Source of the DNA: Chrysomallon squamiferum
Lineage: Eukaryota; Animalia; Mollusca
Reading direction: 5' to 3'
NCBI GenBank assembly: GCA_012295275.1
Contig: CM022677.1
Coordinates: 16,368,001 to 16,432,000 of the forward strand
DNA: 64,000 nucleotides
Below are positions 53,267-64,000 of the stretch, in pieces. A model generated the notes under the pieces. The model was given only the letters and a program-made list of their open reading frames with translations, was not told the origin of the DNA and did no database searches. The position numbers and the translations under genes are program-made. Within the stretch, counting starts at the first letter, position 1, and every line of letters starts with the position of its first letter.

Positions 53267-53812
53267 ATTCATTTATTCATTTATTGATTTATTGATTTTT
53301 CAGTTTTACAGTTTTTCTCCTGAATACATTTATCGTAACCTATATATTCTAATTAATTTATTTTCCTAATTCGTACCGTTTTTAAATGTTTTGTTTTCAA
53401 CATCACTTGTTGAAATGAATATGAAAAATATGTATTTTATTAGTGAATTCTTCATGGAAATAGGTTTTAACTAAATACACCTGGAAGTGGAATCTACTAA
53501 AGATTTTATTATAACTCAAAATAAAATGATACGCAGAGTCTCTAATACATTGATGAAAATGTGATTTCATTTTTCCGTTTTTCACTTTTTCTCTTGAGTA
53601 CATTTATACTACCTGCATACTGAATAATTTATTTTCAAAATTCGAACTGTTTTTGAATTCGTAATTTGCAACGTGACTTCTTTAAATTAGGGTTTCTTTT
53701 TTCTTCTTTAGCGAACCTTAGCGTTGTCTCAAAATTAACAACGAAACCTGTTGTAATTTAACAGTGAAAACTGCTTTTAAACTAAAATAGTAATAATAAA
53801 ATAATAATAAAA

Positions 53813-53857
<45 letters not shown>

Positions 53858-53868
53858 AGTAATAATAA

Positions 53869-53906
<38 letters not shown>

Positions 53907-53950
53907 CAATAATAATAATAATAAAATTTCTGATATTAGTATTATTATTA

Positions 53951-53997
<47 letters not shown>

Positions 53998-54604
53998 TAA
54001 ATGCAGTTCTTTAGTTCTTAAACAAAGCAGGGCGTGAGAGAGAGAGGGTAACTGTCAAAGGAGGACATTTAATTTAATTATTAATTATTAAAGGGGATAA
54101 TACAGTTCTTTAATTCATAAATTAAGCGCGGTTAAAGAAAATTTCAAATCAGTGACATTTAATTAATAATTAAATTAAATTTATTTCATGTCCATTAATT
54201 AATATCCAATAGGACTGCTGTTACATCAACGCTCACCAAGAGGACTGCCACATTAACATTTCGTTCGCCCAACAGAAGTGCTATTAAGATCCAACTTTCC
54301 CAAGAGTACTGCCACTCAACAAAGTCGTCCAAGAGGACCGCCATTTATTTACATCAAGCTTATGCAAGACTATTTTTATACAAGGACTTCCATTTATAAA
54401 AATCTGTAGTATACAGCAGCGAGCTTTCATTGATAAACATAAATTTTCGACAAACAGGACTGCCATTTATTAATATCCAGTCATCGAAGAGGCCAGGAGT
54501 TGTGCTACTCGTTATTATGCACAGTTCGTCTCGGAGGATTGCCACTAACTAACTTTCAGTTCGATATCTCGTCAACATCGAAGAGAACAGCCGATTATTA
54601 AAAC

Positions 54605-55794
54605 ATGAATAAACAAAAATATGTCAGGATGTTTATTCTGATCACCATTTCAGTAATTGTAATTAATATATTTGTATACGAAGAAAACAGTGTTAACACG
54701 TACTTAACAAGTGTCAGCAAGTCGTATTTAAAATGGCGAGGGATGACAAAACAAGACAATATGTCATCGTCATTCACCTCGTACAATCTTACAGCGACAG
54801 ATAACTCTAACAAAAGCGTACAGGTGGTAACAAAGAAAGATGTTCATGTTAGTTCTCCAAATACGACGGCAGCTTATAGTAACACAAGAGAAGCCGGTTC
54901 ATTCGAAAACTGGGGAGTGGACGGAAATCTTGACCTTTGGGTAATTATACTTACAACGCGGCGTACAAACGAAGAAAAACATTGAACTTGTATGTTAGAT
55001 GGAAACTGAAGACCGCTAATAATTCTTTAGTTACGATTCGGGGCATAGGAAGAACTGGAAATTGCTTGTTTGAGTATGCGGCATTGTTAGGAATCGCATA
55101 CATGAATAACAAGAAGCCTGCAATATTTCCTGATAATCCGTTACTGAAGTATTTTGATTTGACGTTTGTGGAGAAGATTGACGTCAAGGAAGGAAAGTGG
55201 GTGCATGTTAGAGAGAAAAGTTACGGAATTTATGACAGAAAGATGGAGAAGCTACCGAAAGAAAAAGTTATGTTATCAACATATTTTCAAAGCTGGAAAT
55301 ATTTCAATAAAATTAGCAATTTAGTTCGAGAGGAACTTACTTTTAGATCAAATATTGTCAAATCAGGTGAAGAAAAATTCATGAGATATATCTGGAATCG
55401 AACGAAACCAATAATTGGAGTTCACGTCAGACGTACGGACGTGGTAAGAAATAAAGAAAAATACGACAAAGATCAGCTTTCTTACCTCAACAAAGCTATG
55501 AAATATATGACGTCACGATACGGTAAAGTGACGTTTCTCGTAGCTACAGATGACGTCCAGTGGTGTCGAGAAAGACTGAATAAAAGTGACGTCATTGTGG
55601 TAGATAAGGGGGACGCTGGTGTTGATATGTCAATGATGACTAATTGTGATCACATGATTATAACCGAGGGATCGTTCAGCTTTTGGATTGCCTGGTTAAC
55701 TAATGGGCACACTGTATATTATAACAACAGAGCGGGTAGAGATTTTAGTCAGAAAGATTATTATTTACCCACCTGGATTCCCTTTGGTCCATAA
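54605..55794 (+). CDS. Galactoside alpha-1,2-fucosyltransferase-like (glycosyltransferase family 11, FUT1/FUT2-like), single coding exon with one apparent frameshift at 54934-54982
   Basis: N-terminal type II TM anchor (MFILITISVIVINIFVY) and Ser/Thr-rich stem in one frame; GRTGNCLFEYAALLGIA, YFQSWKYF, IGVHVRRTD, DMSMMTNCDHMIITEGSFSFWIAWL, DYYLPTWI in the next frame. Confidence 0.85.
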
Positions 55795-56153
55795 GATAGA
55801 GAGCAAAGATAAAAAAAATAATAATAATAACTCAAATATCGAACAATTACTCATTAATTCATTTATTCATCGATTAGTTTTTGTTGTTTGTTAGTTTTGT
55901 CTTTCGATTTTTTTTTTTTTTTTTTTTTTTTACAGATCTTTTTAAAACATTATAACATGGTACGTGTTATCCTGTATATGAGATAGGAAAGCAGAACATT
56001 TTGTAATGCTAGTAATACGTTTTAAAACTTTCAGCTAAATCGAGTCTGCGAAAGATGAGACAGTCTCAGTTGAATTATTCTTTTCATTTTTGTTATTTTT
56101 ACTTCAACTACTCCGTTCGCGACGACAGTGCTATTATTGCTCTTCTTCTTCTT

Positions 56154-56184
<31 letters not shown>

Positions 56185-56185
56185 G

Positions 56186-56235
<50 letters not shown>

Positions 56236-56531
56236 TGGTGTTGTAGTCATCATCATCATCATTTTTTATGATTACTATTGCTACTATTACCACTGCTACT
56301 ATAGTTATAATTATTAATTCCATTATTATTTTTATCATCATCATCATCATTACTACTTCTACCAATACTATTGCTGTCACCATCATTATTATTGTTATTG
56401 TTATTACAACTACTGCAACTGATGTTCCTGTTGCTATTATTGTTGTTATCATAGGCCTAAATTTAATAAGGACACAAGTGAAGAAAGAAAAAAATATATA
56501 ATGAAATAACAATAGTAATAATAACAAAAAC

Positions 56532-56580
<49 letters not shown>

Positions 56581-57018
56581 TAATGTTGGTAAAATAATGT
56601 ACATTTAAAATAAAATAAAGTAAATAAATAAATAATATATATATTAAATTCATTTAAAAATGGGAAGGGGGAGGGAAGAAAAAAGGAAATGAATCCTCAA
56701 AAAAAAAAAAAAAAAAATTTACACTTTCTTTATTCATCTCTTAAGCTAAAATGCTGCGTATATCGTCATCGTAACCAGGAACATAGGAAAATTACATCGG
56801 TCGCCACTAAATAAATTAAACTTTGTCCGGCGTGTACAAGTTTTCTTTCACAGACTGTACCCCAAGCTGCAGAAATAAGACGTAAAATTCAAGAAAATTA
56901 ATGCATATTTTTTTATATAACGACATATTTTAATCACAATTTTCTATAAATACGGCGTGTTCTTTTAACATACGTTATAATTTATTTATTTATTTATTTA
57001 CTTTTATTTATTTTGTAT

Positions 57019-57061
<43 letters not shown>

Positions 57062-57124
57062 CTTACTTATTTATTTATTACTCTTTTGTGTTTGTATGTG
57101 TGTTTATCAATGAATTCTAGTTAA

Positions 57125-57211
<87 letters not shown>

Positions 57212-59261
57212 AAGATATAAACGAAAAGGTACGTGTTCTAACAACGAAGAAATTGGTTTTTCCAGAGTTCTGTATTATTTTTTTCCACTAACAGCTGCTT
57301 TGAAATATTTTATTATTTTTTTTTTTTTTTTTGTGCACCACTCTATAATCATGGATTCGTTACTTTAAGACATAACAAAGGAAGCATGGTAATATTACTT
57401 AACTATTATGGATGACTGCTCAAGATAAATGATTTTTTTTTTTTTTTTTTTTTTTTTAAACTAGTAAAACACAAAGAAATCTCATACAAATCTGTTTTAG
57501 GTCGATTTATCTTGAAAGCCAGATGGGATAACACTACACATCTTTGTGTGTGTGTGTGTGTGTGTGAGAGATAGAGGGATCATGATCCATGTTTTGTAGT
57601 TGTTCAGGCATTTTGACGAGCAACAATGACCTTTCAAACAAAAGCTAAATGCCCGTCCATATTAGACAATGTATTGTAAAAATATATTAAATTACGTTAA
57701 CGCAGATTCGTTGTAGTCAGTATAAGATACAATCTCTATTTACAGCTAAATGCGTTTAAATAACAGAAGATTTTTATTTTATTGTTTTTATTTTTGTGTG
57801 TGTGTGTGTGTGTGAAAAAATCCTAATATGTAATTTATCTTATCGATCTCATACCTTAATTTTTGTATGCATATCTTAAACTGTATTTACAGTTTAAAAT
57901 GAATTGATTCTGTATTATTATATTTATTTAATTAGTTAGTTAGTTAGTTGGTTAGTTTGTTATTCACATACTCACATACTTACTTTTTCCGTTAATTAAT
58001 TTATTTGCATCTTTTTTATTTTACATTTTAACATTTTTAGCGTTTTCCTTATTTTATTTAATTTTCTTTCTAAAGAAAGACCTGAAGGCAATTTTATAGT
58101 GAACATTCTATTACATCCAATGTATTCAATATAAAGTTAACAGTTAATATACACATTTCCTATAGACATATTTATAGTGGATAATGTATATTACCTATTT
58201 TATAAACTCATCTTTAAATAATTTATTATAAATGGGGGTTATTTTATATGTCTTGAAGGTCAATGTAACGATACTGGAAAAAGGGAAAATACACTAGTTT
58301 ATGCATTTTAATGATCTTGTTGTAATAATAAATATATTTTCAAAAAAATGTTAATATGTATTGTTTTGTGTGAACGCACCTTTAGATTTATTAGTCAGGT
58401 TTTCAGTGTTACGTATTCAGCCGAAGATGGTACGCTTATGAAAATAGTATTTAATTACAACGAGGTTCAACTAAAACGCAAAACCTAACATATATTATAT
58501 ATATATACGTTTTCTCTTCTTTATATATATAAGAAAAGAAAATATTTATTTATTTACTTATTTATTTATTATTTTTAACAGTAGTTGTTCATTTCACATA
58601 TCCTTCAAGAAACAAGAAAAGAAAAAAGAAAAAGTTTATTTTTATTAGTGTAGTTTTTAAAGAAACTGTGTGGTTTTCTTTCTTGTGCATGCGCGCGGCG
58701 CGTGCGTGCGTTACATTTAGCTTAGAAATGGAAAGAAGAGAAAACGATAGAGGAAAGCAAAAGAGAAATGAAGTATCAAATTAATACAAAAAAGTTAAAT
58801 AACTAAATAAATAAAAACATTGCATTATGAAAACAAATTGAAATGATACTAATACTAGAAGATACATATTTATATTTACGAACATATACATACATGCATA
58901 CATAAATACATACAAACATACATGCATACGTACATAAACATGTGTTTATGTATATATATATATATATTTTTCACAAAACATTTTCAAATTAAAGTGAACC
59001 AAACAGCTTTAACAAGTAACACTTATTTTTGGAACTGTCATTAGTATAACAGACCAGAAGTAAAATATATTTATTTAATAACGTGCAGACATCTGAATAG
59101 AAAGTGTTGAAAAGAATCAAAAAAAGATAAAACTTGATCTATCAAGAGATAGAATAAATAAAATGTATTTACACAATAATATTTAGAGACTGTAATACAT
59201 TTTTTTTTCTATCAGTGATCCGTCCTAAAGATTTTATACATATTAAATCAAATTATTTATA

Positions 59262-59754
59262 AAGCTTTAAATAATGGCGAGAAAAGGGCCCGGACATTGT
59301 AAGAAGGAAAGTTATTTATGTCTATTTGTTTATCTTTCAGTTTTTCTCTTGAGTACCTTTATTGTACCTATATATTAATTAATTTATTTTCAAAATTCGT
59401 TCTGTTTTTAAACGTTTTGTTTTCAACATCACTTGTTTAAATTAATATGAAAAATCTGTATTTTATTAGTGAATTCTTCATGGAAATAGGATTTAACTAA
59501 ATACACAGTGCAAGTGGATGATATGAAGCCATGTAGATATATGTAGATATATATATATATATTAGTAAGCTGCAGGATTTTAAAATTAAAAGTGGATATG
59601 AAACTGACTAAATATCTGAGATGGAAAAAAGAATATATTTACTATTGTTAACAACATTATTTATTTATTTAATATTTATAAAATTATTGTAAATTGTAAA
59701 TTCTGTTAGTTTCCCCCAAAATTTTTTCAAGAATATATTTAGTTTTTGTTGTTG

Positions 59755-59825
<71 letters not shown>

Positions 59826-59930
59826 TATATCCAGTACTGCAAATTGGAATTAATACATTATGGAACAAATATTTTAAAGGGGATAATACAGTTCTTTAAT
59901 TCATAAATTAAGTGCGGCTAAAGAATTTTT
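59262..59930 (+). pseudogene. Third, truncated 5' remnant of the fucosyltransferase unit (non-coding exon plus part of intron)
   Basis: Matches 48180-48855; donor mutated to AAG|gaaagt at 59307; similarity ends before the acceptor and CDS. Confidence 0.7.
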
Positions 59931-61405
59931 TTTAAAGACTTGTACACAATAAGAAAAGAGAAAAAGTCTTGTTTACTTATGGCACTACATTTATTTACTA
60001 CTCAAGTACAAACGACAAAATAAAATAAGCATTTTAATTTCAGTTATGCAGATATATTCACCCACATTTATTGTCACAAATATCATTATTAGTAGCCCTA
60101 CGTTAGATTTAGTTTCTTTCTGCGACAGACACGTCCGCTGATAGTAGACATGCTTCACAACAGCTCGCTCTGATTAGCACGTTATTTTTTTTTTACAAGG
60201 TTCAAGGTTTACTTCGGTTTGTTTGTTTTCAACAGTCATTGTTTCCCTGCACTAGAAATTTAAACAAGATAATAATTATTATAGTGATCACTTCTCAAGG
60301 AAAAGAAAAGGTATAAATATTTTTTCTCCCTGGATCATGATAATTTTAGTTTATTTGCAAACAATGTGCATTTTATGAAAATATTTAATGACATATACAT
60401 CAGGGGAAAAAAAATGAAGAAATAATGATAAAAAAAAAAGAATTATCTAGTTCTGTCTTCCTGTAGTGTTTGTTACAAATAAATCTGTAAATAAACAATC
60501 TAATTAATAAATGATAAAATATTAGTAATTTAAAATAAAGGAATAATAATAAAAAGAAAGAAATAAAGAATATTACCATCAATTTAATGTCACAAGAGAA
60601 CAAATCCTGAATAAATATTGCATAGTACAGTTCACGACAACTGATAAACATTCATTATAAAAATAAAAACTATTTAAAATGGTTGAACATCTTAATACTC
60701 ACTGGTTTAAAGTAAGATATTCAACTTAGAGGCAAAATACATTTTATTGAACAATATTTACCTAATGTTTCCCTGCATACATACATACATACATATATAT
60801 GTATGTATATGTATATATATATGTGTATATATATATATATATTGGTTTATTTATTTATTTATTATGTTTGTTTGTTTATTCCTGAAATATACACTTATAT
60901 TAAGATTACTAGAGAAAGGAAAACAAAAAGACTACAATTTCATATTTTCCAAGCCTGATATATTATACTATTATTTATTATGTATATACTTATTTGTAAT
61001 CTTTAATGCTAACTACGCAAATTAAAGTATATATTCACCATAAAACTATTATTATGCTGTTTCCTTTAACTGAAATATATCACTTCATCGAAAACGTAAG
61101 ATATATAATGGATTTATTAATTTAATTAAAATGTGAAGAGGTTTTGGAATATATCTGTTTAAAATATAATGAAATAAAATGTTAATGTATTATAGTGTAT
61201 AAAACAATTATACAATACCAGGTAGTAAGATGCAAAGATTAAGCTGGTGCGAAAAGTCATCACAGACTGAATATACTGCAACCGTTACTAATATTTTAAT
61301 ATACTCAGTTTATTTATGTTATTGTTTTATTAATATTTTTAATTAGTCATGATATATATCTTGTTGTTAATGTTTACAGTTTGAAATAAATAAATAAACA
61401 AATAA

Positions 61406-62097
61406 AGCATAGACTTCAACAGGAAAGGACAAGATGGTAGCCCGGGGAGTGAATGTATGTCAAGTTAATACTGGGCGTGGTGTCGTAAACCAGGGGCAGG
61501 TCAAGATTACTGTTAGATGGGACGGGCAAAAATGTTATTTTTATAATGGTGATTTATAGAACATTTAAGATTAACGGTTATGTACTAATTATTACAAGTT
61601 GGTTGTTATAAAACAGTTAATACAAAACTGATAGTTAAAAAATAGTTATTACAAAATTCATAGTTATTAAATAGTTACTGTACCAGTAACAGTCAATATT
61701 TCACATTACTGCAAAGCATTAAATATGACAACTCAATTAAATCATATTTATATGAAAAACAAACTGATAATAATAACTATTTGAAAAAAAAAAATCGAAA
61801 TTGTATATATATGGCCAAAAGTTTCAGTTTCATAAATGGTACATAATTAATGCATTTGACTTTAAAGTTATGTGTATTAAAAATGTACGTTACTCATTTG
61901 GAAATTTTTAGGGAAAATTAATCTTGCTTTCGCTGTACTGGGATTTCTGGTTTCTGTTTGCTTGTTGCTTTATGAAACTAATGGTGCTTTTTTTAGATGT
62001 TTTGATTTTAATACAGATTTAATACCTGCTTCCTGGTTTATTTCTTGAAACATATCTCACTTTATTTTTTGATTGCTTTAATACACTTCATTTTCAC
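61406..62097 (-). repeat. Inverted copy of 44376-46939 lacking the Tc1 insertion
   Basis: 61406-61560 is the reverse complement of about 46783-46939; 61670-62097 is the reverse complement of about 44376-44856. Confidence 0.9.
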
Positions 62098-62345
62098 CTT
62101 GTCCTCATTTGTTGATTCTTCTCACCTTCATCATCCTTCTTTCACTCCATTTCCTTTTATTATTGCTTTATAATCTTTATTTTTCTCTGTTCTTTAGTGT
62201 CACTTTTTTCTTTCAGTCTTCTGGCTCTATATCTTTTTCTGTGTCTTTCCTACACACCCACACAGAACAGTACTATACTCACATCAGAAACTGAATCAGT
62301 ACTCACATCAGAAACTGAATCTATATGTGTGTGTGTGTGTGTGTT

Positions 62346-62399
<54 letters not shown>

Positions 62400-63099
62400 G
62401 TTTTGGGTTTATTTATTTATAATATTTATTTATAATATTTATTTATAATTAACCAAGCATGTCATAGTCATCTTTTTTTTTTTCTTCAAGTTTGTGTAAA
62501 AATTGGAAGTGTTTTCATACAGTATTGCAAAGAATCGCTACCACTGACAGAAAAAAAAAAAAAATTATCGTAAGGAATTACGGAAATTACCGAATGTCGT
62601 GATAAAGGGAAGTAATTTAGTTTTCGTAACTCGGCGAAAAATGTCGCTGCTTCGCTTGGTTGCTAATGACATTTCGTTATAATGAAAAAAAAAAAAAAAA
62701 AAAAAAAAATTCGTGAATTTTAGTTTGACACATGGGTGTGTTGATAAATTGTTTTCCTGTTTTGAAGCAGATTAAATTAAATGATCAAGAAAAATGAGCT
62801 AAAAAATAAGTGAGAAAATATTGTTTTGCTTTCCTTTTTTTTCTAATGATAAAAATATATTGCTAATGCCAATTCGATATTTTTAATTTACCGTATCACG
62901 AAAGACCACCATAACTCAAATGCATGTAGATAGATAAAGATACAGAGGTAGAGAGTTATATATATATTTATAAAGAGAGAGAGAGATGTAAGGAATACTG
63001 ATAGACAAACAAATAGATTGAGATAGATAGATAGATACAGAGATAAAGCGATAGGTATAGATATACACACATATTGACCATCACGTTCGTGATTGTATA

Positions 63100-63168
<69 letters not shown>

Positions 63169-63806
63169 GTTAATAGAGTTTGCTTTTTACTAAAATGCAC
63201 TTGTTGATCTCTAGGTAATAAACTTAAGACCACTAAGTAAACTTTGGTCCTGACACAACTGATTAGTAGGTTATGTCACAGATAACACGTGCTTCAGTAA
63301 CAAGTCATATATTTACACAAGCTGTACAGAGATAACAAGTATTTCAAACAGTCGCTTGGGAGATATTCTTTTTACAATATAAAATCAAGTTATTGAAATG
63401 AAAATAGTTTTATACAAATTAAAGAAAGTACAGTTATTCCTTGCAACCATAATAATATTATTCGTATTAAGACAGTCATTGAACTGATATTTTTAAGTAT
63501 TATTAGGAGAAGAATTAATACTAAATAGTAGTAGTAATAGCAGCAGTAGTATGGTAGTAGTAGTTACAGCAGTAGTAGTATGTTAGCAGTAGAAGCAGGA
63601 GTAGTATTACAAAGTGTAGTAATCGTGGTAGTTAAAATAGTTGTAGTGGTAGTGATAGTTTTAATGGTAGTGCTAGCTTTAGCATCAGCACTACTAAATA
63701 AATTCATAAAAGTGTTTCGTAACCAGAATCTTATTTATTCGTTTGTTTGTTTGTTTGTTTTTAATTTTTTCCAAGCGCGCATATATGTTTACGAGTCCAT
63801 TAAAAG

Positions 63807-63894
<88 letters not shown>

Positions 63895-64000
63895 AAAGTT
63901 CACGTTGCAATAAAATGCACTTGTTTATCTCTAGGTAACACGTTTGCGATAACTGAGTAAACTTCTGTCTGGACATTTTCTCACTCCTGTGTTTTTTTAT

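Noticed and set aside
54941-54998. A 58-nt GT-AG intron rescuing the FUT frameshift
   Set aside because: Splicing TGG|gtaatt...gttag|ATG gives ATG GAA ACT GAA GAC CGC TAA, which is the wrong frame

Overview
AT-rich, microsatellite-saturated animal genomic DNA, probably a mollusc/lophotrochozoan (inferred from repeat style and gene content, not proven). About 4.7-44 kb holds one + strand natriuretic-peptide-receptor-type membrane guanylyl cyclase (NPR1/NPR2-like). I traced it exon by exon with consistent GT-AG phases (about 1063 aa). It has two highly divergent N-terminal ligand-binding cassettes: a single exon at 4746-5408 and two exons at 19373-20867. Both end in phase 1 and can join the same shared exon at 22821. 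Two introns carry tandem arrays built from the gene's own splice sites. One is a 61-bp branchpoint+acceptor array before exon 28016. The other is a roughly 69-copy 40-bp donor array after exon 38618, including four TAG|GTAAGT recursive-splice-like variants. Downstream lie a decayed Tc1 (DD34E) element and a birth-and-death cluster of GT11 alpha-1,2-fucosyltransferase copies. That cluster is bracketed by an inverted duplication whose second arm preserves the empty Tc1 site. A pogo/Tigger-like MITE, a LINE 3' fragment, SINE-like pieces and a marked excess of TGACGTCA palindromes are also present. Most entries in the supplied ORF track are microsatellite artefacts.
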